Of a stretch of DNA of 54,930 nt, positions 8,595 to 19,476 are shown piece by piece. How positions within the stretch are numbered: the first letter of the stretch is position 1; every line of letters begins with the position of its first letter. A model generated the notes under the pieces. That model was not told where the DNA came from. It did no database searches and was given only the letters and a program-made list of their open reading frames with translations. The position numbers and the translations under genes were made by a program. The stretch is from a virus (lineage: Duplodnaviria > Caudoviricetes), in IMG/VR virus record IMGVR_UViG_3300030207_004860, positions 1 to 54,930 of that record; one strand, given 5' to 3'.

Positions 8595-11500
8595 TTTTTA
8601 ATCTCCTTTATTTGCTTTTTTAGCTCATCTATTTCGCTTTGTTGCTCCTTTATACCTTCAATAAGAAGTGCAGTTAATTTATCATATTGAACAGTTAGAT
8701 ATCCGCCTTTTGAGCCATCCTTATCAATTGGTGCTGGGCTTACTGCCTCTGGTAAAACCCTTTGTATTTCCTGAGCAATTACACCAATATTATCCTTAGC
8801 CTTTGTTCCATCCTCCCAATCAGATTTTGATAGGTATCCCATTTCATACGCATGCTCATTATAGTCAAATGTTACACCTCTAATGCCTAGTATTTTATCA
8901 ATAGCATTAGGTATAGTTTTTACATTTGTTTTTACCCTTTCATCTGAAACACCATCAGTAAGATCGCCTCTTACATCTACATCATTACTATTATATTGCC
9001 ACCACATTACGTCAATATTTTTAGCAACATTATAATCGGTTCTAAATAGAACAACTGCATCTTGAGACCAGTCGTCCAAATCACCATCAGTTACTGTGGT
9101 TGTTCCTCCATCAAATCCTATTCCTCCACCTACATTATAACTTTGACCTACATAAAGAAGTCCAATTCCTTGGTGGTTATGACCTATTGCTGCAAGTAAT
9201 GCAGCCTCTTGGTTAACAGATGCTTTTACTATTAGTGCAGATGCACCACCTGATATATCGGCATCATCAAGATACATAGGTAGTGTTTCTGCTCCACCCA
9301 CATTGTCATTACCAACAGTTACTTTGTCACCTAGATATATCTCTCCATCTGCATCATCTATCATAAATAAAGTTTTATTTAGCTCTTCGCTATATACTAC
9401 AAACCTCTCAGATGAATCCATTCCTACCCTCCAACCATCTGTTCCAGGTGTAGAATTTGTTGTTGAATTCATTAGGTGAAGGTATATACCGGCTGAGTCT
9501 CCAGCTACAAGAGATATTCCTTTAGTATCTCCACCAGTAGGTTCATGTACAGAAAGCATTGTTGTTGAAAGGCCATCAAGATCTCCAATTGATACACTTT
9601 GTGAATTTACAAGGTTTCCATGCTCACCAAAGAAGGAATATTGTTGGTTTTTACTTGGGTCAGAAACTATCGCTCTTGACATTATTCCGTATGCATCATG
9701 TCCATATCCGGACACCATAGCTGTTGTTGCTTCTGCATTATGAACACTACCTACAATTGCTCCTACATCATAACATGCACCTCCACCTCCTCCACCTTTT
9801 GTTCCACATGAATCAACAAATGTTGTTGTAAAGTCTGTGTAGTCTGTATTTACAGTTGAGCTGTCACTAAGTGCAAACATTGCACCTATCCTACTATCAC
9901 TAATTCCAGGTGCGCCTCCAGCTGTTACATTTGTTAATACCGTACTAAATCCTGGTGAAGCAAATGTGGCTCCTGCACCATAATCTGTAGAACCTGTAAT
10001 TATTATTGTACCTTCAGTCATAGATATTCCTGGTACACTTCCATCAATATTATCATCAAGTGTCATTACAGTATTTCCACTACCATCAAAAAATGACATA
10101 CTTGCATTAGTACCATCAAGTTCAATTCTTTGTGCTGCTGGATTACCTATAGTAATTTTACCTGCACTACTCATTGTAACATTTGTTTGTTTTATTTCTG
10201 ATTCATCTATGGTCCAGCCTGCAATAAGCTGTTCTGTTTTACTAAATCTAACTATATCTTTATATGCTGAGCTAGCTGTTCTTTTAACTATTTGTAGCCC
10301 GTATTCTGCTGTTCCTGGGTAGTATAGAGCATCCTTTGTTCCAATTTGGCCAAGTCTCATTATCTTTGTTGAACCAACTGAAGCTATGTCATTAGTCAAA
10401 TAAACTGAAAATCCTCTACCATTATGAAAGTCACTAGTATCTGTTGTTTCAGTAGCTCCCATAGTGACATACATTTCTTTAGTAGCACCACTTGAATCAT
10501 CATACTTTTGTATTTTGTCTGAATCTATTTTGAATCCAGCAATTCTACCTGCACTTGCCGTAATTGTTCCTGATAGATATACATTTTCACTATAAAGACC
10601 AAAACCTGGGTCGGCTGGAACCGGTCCTTCTCCTGCTACACCAGATAAATCTCCTAGCCTAGCTCTTCTTTTTGTGGATTGTGCATTACTTCCTGTTCTT
10701 TCAATTATGTCTATATAAGGTGTTGCAGAATCACTTGGTGCAGCATTTAGGTGTATGTATCCACTTCCACTTACACCTGCAGATGCTAATACTTGTCCAG
10801 CACTCATACTAGGTATTGTTCCAGCACCATCTGCATTTCTTGTTACAGATATTGTATTTGGTTCACTTGTTGAATCAACACCTGTAATTTTCATTGTTTC
10901 TGTAGTAAAACCTGTACTACCAGTTGCCTTTGAAATTATATATTCATTTACTACAAAGCCATCTGCATTTTTTACTGGTATTGTTGTTGTGCCTGCTATT
11001 ATTATATCACTACCTGTTATTGTTGTACCATTTGATACTAATAATTGTCCACCTACAACATTAACACTTTGCTTTTCAAAAACTGCAGTATTTAATGTTC
11101 CTCTAATTTGTGCATTTTCAAATTCTGCCTCACCAGATGACTTTATTCTCCATCCTCTACCTGCACTGCCTGGCAAATTACTTGATGTAAAATCTGATGT
11201 CCTTAATTCACCTTCGGAATCAATTACAAGATTGCTTGATGATAGTTTTGTGGTACCTATATGCCATCCACCAATTAAACCAATACTTGATGTAATTGTA
11301 CCTTCAAATACTGCACCACTTGCATGTAGTGTTCCACTATGGTCAACAGCAAAATTAGGTCCAAATTTAATATAATAATTTTTTGTATTTCCTTGGTCTG
11401 CTGGAGTAAAATCTATATAGTATTCATCTCTTAATATGTCGAATGGTGCACTACTATCTGTATCTGGTCCTTTATCTGACATATATAATGCGGCGCCATT

Positions 11501-11911
11501 TGCATCCAGTGTTGCATTTGAACCACTTAATTTTCCATCCTTAATTTCCCAATTACCTATTCTACCAGCACTTGCAGTTATTTCTGTTTCTCCATTTGAT
11601 AGTGGCCTAACATGAAAACCAGAACCACTAATTTCAATATCACTATCACTACCAGATATAAATTGTAAATTAGGATTACCAATAAAGAACTTGTTTGCTC
11701 TTACATCAAGATGACCACCATTTGAACTTGAAAATCTAAAATAACTTTCGCTATTACCTACTGCCTCTATTCCAACACCTGTATAGTCGGTTCTTGTGCC
11801 TGCAGAATTTGACATAAAAAATGAACCACTCCATAACATCCATCCTCCATCAGTCGAACCTGACTGACCTGCATAAAATCCTTCATATGTTGTATTTTTT
11901 ATTCCTGGCAT
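8576..11911 (-). CDS. Long tail fibre protein with a C-terminal intramolecular chaperone (Peptidase S74) domain
   Basis: Repeated G.I(G/A)GW.I fibre motifs. C-terminal SDERVKTNV...IGVIAQEIQRVLPEAV...VQYDKLTALLIEGIKE followed by a coiled coil. Confidence 0.9.
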   Translation of the reverse strand: MPGIKNTTYEGFYAGQSGSTDGGWMLWSGSFFMSNSAGTRTDYTGVGIEAVGNSESYFRFSSSNGGHLDVRANKFFIGNPNLQFISGSDSDIEISGSGFHVRPLSNGETEITASAGRIGNWEIKDGKLSGSNATLDANGAALYMSDKGPDTDSSAPFDILRDEYYIDFTPADQGNTKNYYIKFGPNFAVDHSGTLHASGAVFEGTITSSIGLIGGWHIGTTKLSSSNLVIDSEGELRTSDFTSSNLPGSAGRGWRIKSSGEAEFENAQIRGTLNTAVFEKQSVNVVGGQLLVSNGTTITGSDIIIAGTTTIPVKNADGFVVNEYIISKATGSTGFTTETMKITGVDSTSEPNTISVTRNADGAGTIPSMSAGQVLASAGVSGSGYIHLNAAPSDSATPYIDIIERTGSNAQSTKRRARLGDLSGVAGEGPVPADPGFGLYSENVYLSGTITASAGRIAGFKIDSDKIQKYDDSSGATKEMYVTMGATETTDTSDFHNGRGFSVYLTNDIASVGSTKIMRLGQIGTKDALYYPGTAEYGLQIVKRTASSAYKDIVRFSKTEQLIAGWTIDESEIKQTNVTMSSAGKITIGNPAAQRIELDGTNASMSFFDGSGNTVMTLDDNIDGSVPGISMTEGTIIITGSTDYGAGATFASPGFSTVLTNVTAGGAPGISDSRIGAMFALSDSSTVNTDYTDFTTTFVDSCGTKGGGGGGACYDVGAIVGSVHNAEATTAMVSGYGHDAYGIMSRAIVSDPSKNQQYSFFGEHGNLVNSQSVSIGDLDGLSTTMLSVHEPTGGDTKGISLVAGDSAGIYLHLMNSTTNSTPGTDGWRVGMDSSERFVVYSEELNKTLFMIDDADGEIYLGDKVTVGNDNVGGAETLPMYLDDADISGGASALIVKASVNQEAALLAAIGHNHQGIGLLYVGQSYNVGGGIGFDGGTTTVTDGDLDDWSQDAVVLFRTDYNVAKNIDVMWWQYNSNDVDVRGDLTDGVSDERVKTNVKTIPNAIDKILGIRGVTFDYNEHAYEMGYLSKSDWEDGTKAKDNIGVIAQEIQRVLPEAVSPAPIDKDGSKGGYLTVQYDKLTALLIEGIKEQQSEIDELKKQIKEIKKCLPET

Positions 11912-11912
11912 A

Positions 11913-12305
11913 TCATTTCTTTCCTAATATTTGTTTTATTTTAGGTCTAGGTGTATAATAGATAAATATCTCTTCATCCTTTTTTATATTGTTCATTGCG
12001 TAAAACGAAATATATTTATCCTCTGGAAATATTTTTGTTTTTGCATTTCTTTCTGATTCTACATTCGATGAATTATATATTGAACCATAACCTAAAACAA
12101 CAATGATATTTTTTTTATTATTTTCAACATGTCCAAATACATAATCCCTTAGTCCATCAACTATTTGTGTTTTTGATATATTAAGGTAATAGCATTCCTC
12201 AAGTGTCTCTCCTGCATTAATGTCATCATTTGCAAAAACTCCATATCCATGTATAGGTGACCTTCTAACCTCTATTTTACTATTTTTGTATAAAACGTCT
12301 TTCAT
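11913..12305 (-). CDS. SET-domain protein (putative protein-lysine methyltransferase)
   Basis: IEVRRSPIHGYGVFA...I.AGE.LEE, GYGSIYNSS (an NHS variant) and IKKDEEIFIYY. Confidence 0.85.
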   Translation of the reverse strand: MKDVLYKNSKIEVRRSPIHGYGVFANDDINAGETLEECYYLNISKTQIVDGLRDYVFGHVENNKKNIIVVLGYGSIYNSSNVESERNAKTKIFPEDKYISFYAMNNIKKDEEIFIYYTPRPKIKQILGKK

Positions 12306-12307
12306 AT

Positions 12308-15300
12308 TTATCCTATAGGTTTTACATTATATGGTGAGCCATTATCGCCAATAATAGTAGCATCGCCTAATCCATTACCAGGTCCATTAGGGTCATTACC
12401 AAATATTGTTATTCCTCCATCATCCATAGCAACATCACCTGTAAGAAAACTGTCGTATGGCACATTATCATATACAGTCTGTCCTACGTTTACATTATTA
12501 AGATTATTTGTCCATGTATTACCACCTTGTATATAATAGTTAGGTAGATATAAATCTTTATTTGCCTTTTCACCATACCAATTATACATTTCAAGCTTAA
12601 AGTCCATAAACTCACCAAACTGTTCTGTTCCTAATTTAACTTGGAATCCAAAGTCTGATGGTGTAAACCCAGTTTGTTCTACATCCTTTATTGAAATTTC
12701 TGATAATAACCAACTACCACCTGTTATAATAAATCTTACTCTATTATTACTTGCAGCCTCATTTGTTCTAAAAAATGCATATTGCTTTCCAAAACTTTTT
12801 AATTGTCCATCTGATGCCTGGTCTGGGTGAATAAAATATGACCTTACATATCTACCAAAATTATGTTCATATAGTGGGTCTGCTGGGTGTTGGTCTGGGA
12901 ATGATGAACCTGACATATATACGTGCAAGCAAGGTGGATTGTGACCTGTTGGTGCACCATCACTTCCTGTTTGGAATGCAGCGTATTGCTTTCCATTTGC
13001 TATAAATGAAAGTTCATATGTTCTTTCTGTGCTTAGTAATATTCCGTCCTTATGGTGAAAATCATAAAAACTTCTTGCCTTACCTGGTTTTAGATTACCC
13101 ATTGGACTATTTAATGGTGGCGAAAAGTCTCCGTATCCATCTGGATAGTATAGAAGACCATTTCCTTCTTCTGGGTGGAATGTGGCAGTAACATTATCCC
13201 ATGATTGACTAACAAGCTCCTCGCCATTTCCTAATAATATTGAACCTAAAACAACAGAGTCACTTATTGATGCAGTAGGAAATGGAGGATAGTTTCCATT
13301 AGGATTTTGTTCTGCAGAATAAACGTAGTTTCCATTTGAAGGTCCTAGCCAATTGATTTGATATTCTGATATTGATGTCGATATAGGAATAGGGTTTCCT
13401 GAGTCATCTGTGTCTGGAAAGAAGTGTGTTAAATATGTACCAGAACCTGTGTACCAATTATTGTCTATTGTTTCTTGTTGGTCAAAATAACCTATAGGAC
13501 TAATTGGCCTAGATGCACTTTCAGATACTAATAGCTCTATTCTTTCCACTACTACTTCATCCATAAATTCCCAACTTTTTATTCCAGACTTTGGCCTTTT
13601 ATATACCTTTAACTTATATACATCGCCAGTTATTGGTTGAAAGTTTATTAGCCTAAAATTAAGATATGATACAATATTATTTACCTCATACCTTTGTGGT
13701 TGTTGTGCATATGACATTGAAACATGAACACCTGAATTTATCCATTCATTCATAAATGATATGTAGTCAAATTGGTGATAACTATACCCAGCAGTACTAT
13801 TTCCTGTTTGTTCTACATGGTCAGACAAAAATGTTTGTGGGTTTGATGTATCTATTCCTGGTTGACAACCATTTGAATCACCTATAAAAAAGTTATTTGC
13901 AAATGTTGAGTCACTTGTTGGCGTATCATAAAATATGAAAGTAAGAAAAGGAGGAAGTAATATCTTTGGATTACTTAATCCTTGTGGTGGTGGAGGTGGG
14001 GGTGGTGGATATGGTGGGTCCCAAGGGTTTCCTACTCCTCCGCCTCCTGGTCCAATTGGTGTACCATCTAGTGAAAGACCTTGTGCCATTCCAGTAAAGC
14101 CCATCTCTCCATCAAAGAAGGGCATACCAGGACTAAAAACTGCCTGTCCATTTTCGTGAGCATCAGTATAATAATCGGCAAATTCATCTGAGTGTACTAA
14201 TACACTTCTTGTAAACATAAATGACCATGGGTGAGGACAAATTGTTACTTCTGTTTTATTATGTAAAGCTGGATTAGGTTCAATATATCCTCTAAAAGGT
14301 ATTGTTTGATAATCAAACTGTGGTTTGTACCAAAGCATCCATTTTTGAAACATCTCTTGCCCTATAACATTCCACTGGCCTTGCATAGGATTTAATCCTC
14401 CATCACCTTCACCATCATTTATAAAGCCTACGTTTTGAGGGTCATTTGTTCCATCATCATTATATTCAAATATTCCATGAACAATTTTTTGTGTTGAATT
14501 ATAAAATGTATATTTGCTTGGTCCATTTTCATAAACGCTTGGTCCAAAATTATATGTTGCATCAATATATTCTATGTGCATTTGTTGTCCACCTACACCA
14601 ACAGCATAGGGTGAAATTGCCCTATTAAAAGATAATGCATGAAGGTACGGATCATTAGATGATGTTCCAACAGTTGCTGTTGGTGATGACCCTACTGGTG
14701 TTGGTGCATCCACTGAATGTGAATAAACTTCTCTAAATCCACTTGCTAAATGACTAGAACCACCTCCTGATGAGTAGTTTGATGCACTTAATCTTGTCCA
14801 TATTGGTGCACAAGTAGACTCACTCATTATGTTTCCATAAAATTCGTGAATTAAACCAGTGGTTACATATGCAATGTCATTAACAATTCCAGTTACTTGT
14901 CCTATTCCATTATTTGCATTTTCACCTGTTGTAAACTGTCCAGAACCATCAGAATGCCAACCTCTATCTCCAACAGTATTTATTGCATTATAATTTGATG
15001 GCTTTGAAAAGTCTGTCCATCCTGTACCTAATTGTGTTGATTGTGATAATGGATAGCCTCCTACAGGTCCAAAAGATAAGTTTCCATTAATGTTAAATCC
15101 TTGGTAGTTATAGAAATAAAAATCATCCAATGTTTCACTATCACCATTTACGTGATATTGACCATTTGGATACATATGTGCATACAAATAATTACCTACA
15201 GACTGGCTTGTATTTGGGCTCCAAAAAGAGTGTGATGCCATTAACTTCCACATATCTCTACCATCAATTGCAAACCCATATGCAGATATTATTCCTGCAT

Positions 15301-16309
15301 TTGTTAATTCCTGTATATTATCTACCTGTACGTTTATTCCTGCACCATTTGTATTATAGTTTGCTAATGGTGTTGGTAGCGATTGTGATACATTTTTTGT
15401 TGCAGCATCTAGCTGACTTCCCCAAACAAATGTTGGTTGTGGATCTACATATCCTATTTGCCTACCACTACCTGTATCAACACCTATTCTAATCATGTTT
15501 TTACCTGTATTGTCTGTGACTTCTTTCCATCCAGGTATTCTTTGGCCTGCAACAGGGTTTGGCCCTCCATCTACCTCCAGTTCGCTTTGAAAGTTTCTAT
15601 AAGGACTAGACATTGAATAGTAAAGGTTTGTATTTAATGTTGTATTATTATCACTTGTAATATAGTTATATGACCAAGTAGCCTCATACATTGATGCAGA
15701 AATAGAATTACTTCCACTTAATGTGCTATATTTTTTTCTATCATAATCAAGATATATAAGCTCACTACTATTTGGTCTAAATGGTTCTATTACAATATCC
15801 TTTGACCATCTAACATTGTATCTATCTGCATACTTTGATATATTTATATTAGGATTTCCTTGTATTGTTTTTCCTTCAGGAGTTTTTGCAGCTATACCAG
15901 CAACTAATATTCTTCCAATACCTGGTGCAGCATCACTTTGTAACCATATTGCAACACACCTCTTTCCACCTTTTGCATCTGCAATTGTTTGTGCATATTG
16001 TTGGTCCCAAAGTCTATCAGGTCCATATTCAGTTGTTTCTACAAATATATTATCACCATTTGCGTCAAGTACCTCTATAAGTATTTCTGTATCTTTTTCT
16101 AAGTATTCACTATCCCCTAAAAGAAATAGTGCATTTTTACCACCTTCAAATTGATTTGGCATTTTTACAATCTTAAAATATCTAGAACTCATTGCACTAG
16201 TATCCTCAATAAGCACATCCATATCCTTAATATCATAATATTGGATATTTTGCCTACCGGCAATAAAACTTTGATAAATGTCTATACCTTGTTCGATACT
16301 ATTTGGCAA
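12308..16309 (-). CDS. Large virion structural protein (tail/baseplate-associated) with a polyproline linker
   Basis: 1333 aa, Gly/Asn/Ser/Tyr-rich, with a PPPPPPPP tract. TTG start with a GGGAG SD and an upstream late motif. Confidence 0.7.
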   Translation of the reverse strand: MPNSIEQGIDIYQSFIAGRQNIQYYDIKDMDVLIEDTSAMSSRYFKIVKMPNQFEGGKNALFLLGDSEYLEKDTEILIEVLDANGDNIFVETTEYGPDRLWDQQYAQTIADAKGGKRCVAIWLQSDAAPGIGRILVAGIAAKTPEGKTIQGNPNINISKYADRYNVRWSKDIVIEPFRPNSSELIYLDYDRKKYSTLSGSNSISASMYEATWSYNYITSDNNTTLNTNLYYSMSSPYRNFQSELEVDGGPNPVAGQRIPGWKEVTDNTGKNMIRIGVDTGSGRQIGYVDPQPTFVWGSQLDAATKNVSQSLPTPLANYNTNGAGINVQVDNIQELTNAGIISAYGFAIDGRDMWKLMASHSFWSPNTSQSVGNYLYAHMYPNGQYHVNGDSETLDDFYFYNYQGFNINGNLSFGPVGGYPLSQSTQLGTGWTDFSKPSNYNAINTVGDRGWHSDGSGQFTTGENANNGIGQVTGIVNDIAYVTTGLIHEFYGNIMSESTCAPIWTRLSASNYSSGGGSSHLASGFREVYSHSVDAPTPVGSSPTATVGTSSNDPYLHALSFNRAISPYAVGVGGQQMHIEYIDATYNFGPSVYENGPSKYTFYNSTQKIVHGIFEYNDDGTNDPQNVGFINDGEGDGGLNPMQGQWNVIGQEMFQKWMLWYKPQFDYQTIPFRGYIEPNPALHNKTEVTICPHPWSFMFTRSVLVHSDEFADYYTDAHENGQAVFSPGMPFFDGEMGFTGMAQGLSLDGTPIGPGGGGVGNPWDPPYPPPPPPPPQGLSNPKILLPPFLTFIFYDTPTSDSTFANNFFIGDSNGCQPGIDTSNPQTFLSDHVEQTGNSTAGYSYHQFDYISFMNEWINSGVHVSMSYAQQPQRYEVNNIVSYLNFRLINFQPITGDVYKLKVYKRPKSGIKSWEFMDEVVVERIELLVSESASRPISPIGYFDQQETIDNNWYTGSGTYLTHFFPDTDDSGNPIPISTSISEYQINWLGPSNGNYVYSAEQNPNGNYPPFPTASISDSVVLGSILLGNGEELVSQSWDNVTATFHPEEGNGLLYYPDGYGDFSPPLNSPMGNLKPGKARSFYDFHHKDGILLSTERTYELSFIANGKQYAAFQTGSDGAPTGHNPPCLHVYMSGSSFPDQHPADPLYEHNFGRYVRSYFIHPDQASDGQLKSFGKQYAFFRTNEAASNNRVRFIITGGSWLLSEISIKDVEQTGFTPSDFGFQVKLGTEQFGEFMDFKLEMYNWYGEKANKDLYLPNYYIQGGNTWTNNLNNVNVGQTVYDNVPYDSFLTGDVAMDDGGITIFGNDPNGPGNGLGDATIIGDNGSPYNVKPIG

Positions 16310-16328
16310 ACCTAAACTCCCTTTTTAT

Positions 16329-16336
16329 ATAAATAT
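16329..16336 (-). promoter_or_regulatory. Putative late promoter ATATTTAT
   Basis: At the head of the tail-fibre operon, followed by a GGGAG SD. Confidence 0.7.
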
Positions 16337-19300
16337 CAATAAATAACATTACTTAAACCGGACTGTTTTGTTATTTCTATTGATTCATCGGCCATATCCT
16401 TCATTACATCAATGTGTGAAATGATAAATATAAATTCAAATTCAGTTTTTAGATAGTCAAGTAATGTTGTCATTGAACTAAGGTTTGTTGTATCAAGGTT
16501 TCCAAAACCTTCATCTACTGCCAGGAAATTTGGTCTTGGTAGATTTGATACATTTATTAATGCAACTCTAATTGCTAATGATGAAATAAACTTTTCCATA
16601 CCAGATGTTAATTCCAATGGCCATGTATTTATGTCATCATAAACAATGTTTGCAAGAATATTTTTACCATCAACACTAAACGTTATTGAAAAATCAACTA
16701 TTTGTGAAAGTATATTATTAACCTCATCTTGTATGTATGGTAATACATTTGTAATTATATCATAGGGTATTCCATCTCTTTTCAGTGCTGTTAAATAATA
16801 CTCATATGCCTTTTGCTTATTTTCCAGATCATGTGCCTTTTCAATAAGGTCATTTATTGATTTTATTTTACTTTCCGCTAGCTTAATATTACTAAATGCA
16901 GTTGCAACAACACCTTCCACACTAATAAGCTCTGTATCCAGTGAACTTTTCTTTCTGTCCTGTACATCTATTTCTGCATTAATAGATTTATTTTCATCTA
17001 TTGCTTGTTCGTTTTTATTATACCTTTTTATATCCCTATTTATTATTCTAAGGTCTGATTTTAGTGAACTTATCTCTGAATTTCTATTTGCAGTTTTTGC
17101 TTTTATTTCTGATTGATATTGTTTTATCGTCGACAATCTTTTTTCAAGTTTTGCAAACTCATCTATGCCACTAAAGTCTGAAAATTTATCCATTTTATTT
17201 TCATATAAAGACTTTTTATCTAAAAGGTTTTTTACATCCTGCTTTAATAAAACAATGTCCTCCTTTGCCTTATATGCAGACTTGACAAATTCATTATCGC
17301 AGCAATATTTACAATTTGGGTCGTATTTGTGTGTATCAAGTTTTGATATTAGGTCAAGCTTACTTTTTACTGATACCTTTATTAATTCTATACTTTGCTT
17401 TATGCCCCTTAGTTCAAGTTCTGCAGAGTCATATTCCACTTTATTCTTTTTTGCCTCATCCAAGTTAATGCTGGATATACTATTCATTATTTCTTTGAAT
17501 TCTAATTTGTTTTGCTCAGTATAGTTTTTATATTTTTTTAGTTTTTCATTGTGTTCATTAATTGAATTATTAACAAAATCCTTTCTATTATTTAATGCAT
17601 CTATATCAAGTGTGTCATCAATTTTATTTAACGTTTTTGATAATCGCCTTATTTCCTGGTTTACATTTGAAATTTGTGATTTAATATAGTCAAGGTCAGC
17701 CTGTTCTGTTTTATAATTTGACTTTGCGACTTTACATTCATCTTCTGCATCTATTAATTCCTGTGAATAATCTGTTTTTCTAAAATCATTTAATAGTGCT
17801 TGTACATCTCTTATCTCTTCGTTAGCCAATTGATATAATTCCTCAAATACAGTAATATCAAGAAATTGTGCCAATAAATCTTTTTTCTCCAGCTGTGTTT
17901 TATCAATAAACCCTGTATTGTTATTTTGCACAGACATTGCTGTTAAAATAAAGTCATCATATGTACCTAGATATCCTTGAATATTTTGATTTGTATACAC
18001 CCTTTGCTCACCATTTAATGATACAGGTTCGCCACCTTCACCATCCATCCAAAAATTAACTATTACCTTTACATGCCCATTTTTTTGTTTTTTACCTGTT
18101 CTTTCTATATAATAATTTACACCATCTATTTCAAAATTAAATTTACAACTAAATTGTGACTTTTGATTATTTAATACATCACCTGCAAATTTTGTTCTGG
18201 AGCACTTATCAAAAATACAATATGATAATGCATCAAGCAATGCAGATTTTCCCATATGATTTTTTGCAAATAATCCTACAACACCTTTTGTTTTTTCAAA
18301 GTCAATACTATTATCCTTGCCATAACTAAACATGTTTGAAAATTCAAATCGTTTTGGCCTCCAGTTTACGTGTCTAGATACAGAAATACCAGATAAACTC
18401 TGGTTTAATGTTCTATTAATATTTTTAATACGTTTTAAGACGTCTGGCTCGATTGAAAAGTTTCTTGTTAAATAATCCTCAATCAATTTATTCTGATAAT
18501 TGACGTCTCTTGTGTCCTTTGTTAATGAATTTGCCTTTCTATTTTCTGCAGAGTTTGCAATATTATCCTTTTTAATTGTAACAATATCTGTGGTTTTACA
18601 TTTTCTTTTTATATTTGTAATTACCTTTTTTAACTCTGCCTGTGTTGTATTTTCTGTTCTTATTCTTACTCTTGGATATTTTGGTATATCATCAATATTA
18701 GGCATTATACCATTTGTAATATCAACAGTATAATAACCATAATCATTTTGCAATTCTGTAAACTTGTGTGTTCTATTTTCTACATCCCATATTGTATATC
18801 CATGTCCATTAAATGCCTCACCAAAATTTTGCTGTATCAGTGAACCTACATAATGAACTCTTTTTCTTTTATCCAAAAACTGGTGTTTATGTATATCACC
18901 TAATAGTGCCAAATCATAACCAGAAAACATAGACACTTTTAGTTCATCGTTTGACACTCTAAAGCCTATATCGGTAGTTGAATTATTAACTGGCCCATGA
19001 AATAATGCTATTTTTGTTTTTGCCTTAAATGAATCTGCCTTTATATAGTCACAAGGTTTATCAAATACACTAAATACAACAAAGCTTGTATCAGCTATCT
19101 CATATATACCAGAATCCTTAAGGTAGTGTAATTGTGGATGGTTGAGATTTTCAATTATTGGTGACAATGAATCCATCCTACTATTATTGTTTAGGTTTGT
19201 ATCATGGTTACCCGTAATTACAATTGTGTGCCTTTTGTCTGCTAACTTTCTAAAAAATTCAGATGTTAAATCAATTAATTCTGGTGATATATCTGTTTTA

Positions 19301-19476
19301 TTGTGTACTATATCACCACCTACATATATAATTGCATTTTTTGGTAATTCATTAACAGCTTTATATAGCTTTCTAAATACATGTCTATATTCTTTGTGCC
19401 TTTGGTAGTTTCTTATGTGAATATCTGCTATGTGTAATATGCTTTCGAGTTTTTCAAAACCTACATTAATTTTCAT
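16336..19476 (-). CDS. Mre11/SbcD nuclease fused to Rad50/SbcC ATPase (T4 gp47-gp46-like)
   Basis: Metallophosphoesterase motifs ADIH, GDIVH, GNHD, FHG and GDIH. Walker A AKNHMGKS, coiled coil with a CKYC zinc hook, signature TSGMEK, Walker B VDEGFGNLD and H-loop ISH. Start set at ATG 19476. Confidence 0.93.
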   Translation of the reverse strand: MKINVGFEKLESILHIADIHIRNYQRHKEYRHVFRKLYKAVNELPKNAIIYVGGDIVHNKTDISPELIDLTSEFFRKLADKRHTIVITGNHDTNLNNNSRMDSLSPIIENLNHPQLHYLKDSGIYEIADTSFVVFSVFDKPCDYIKADSFKAKTKIALFHGPVNNSTTDIGFRVSNDELKVSMFSGYDLALLGDIHKHQFLDKRKRVHYVGSLIQQNFGEAFNGHGYTIWDVENRTHKFTELQNDYGYYTVDITNGIMPNIDDIPKYPRVRIRTENTTQAELKKVITNIKRKCKTTDIVTIKKDNIANSAENRKANSLTKDTRDVNYQNKLIEDYLTRNFSIEPDVLKRIKNINRTLNQSLSGISVSRHVNWRPKRFEFSNMFSYGKDNSIDFEKTKGVVGLFAKNHMGKSALLDALSYCIFDKCSRTKFAGDVLNNQKSQFSCKFNFEIDGVNYYIERTGKKQKNGHVKVIVNFWMDGEGGEPVSLNGEQRVYTNQNIQGYLGTYDDFILTAMSVQNNNTGFIDKTQLEKKDLLAQFLDITVFEELYQLANEEIRDVQALLNDFRKTDYSQELIDAEDECKVAKSNYKTEQADLDYIKSQISNVNQEIRRLSKTLNKIDDTLDIDALNNRKDFVNNSINEHNEKLKKYKNYTEQNKLEFKEIMNSISSINLDEAKKNKVEYDSAELELRGIKQSIELIKVSVKSKLDLISKLDTHKYDPNCKYCCDNEFVKSAYKAKEDIVLLKQDVKNLLDKKSLYENKMDKFSDFSGIDEFAKLEKRLSTIKQYQSEIKAKTANRNSEISSLKSDLRIINRDIKRYNKNEQAIDENKSINAEIDVQDRKKSSLDTELISVEGVVATAFSNIKLAESKIKSINDLIEKAHDLENKQKAYEYYLTALKRDGIPYDIITNVLPYIQDEVNNILSQIVDFSITFSVDGKNILANIVYDDINTWPLELTSGMEKFISSLAIRVALINVSNLPRPNFLAVDEGFGNLDTTNLSSMTTLLDYLKTEFEFIFIISHIDVMKDMADESIEITKQSGLSNVIY

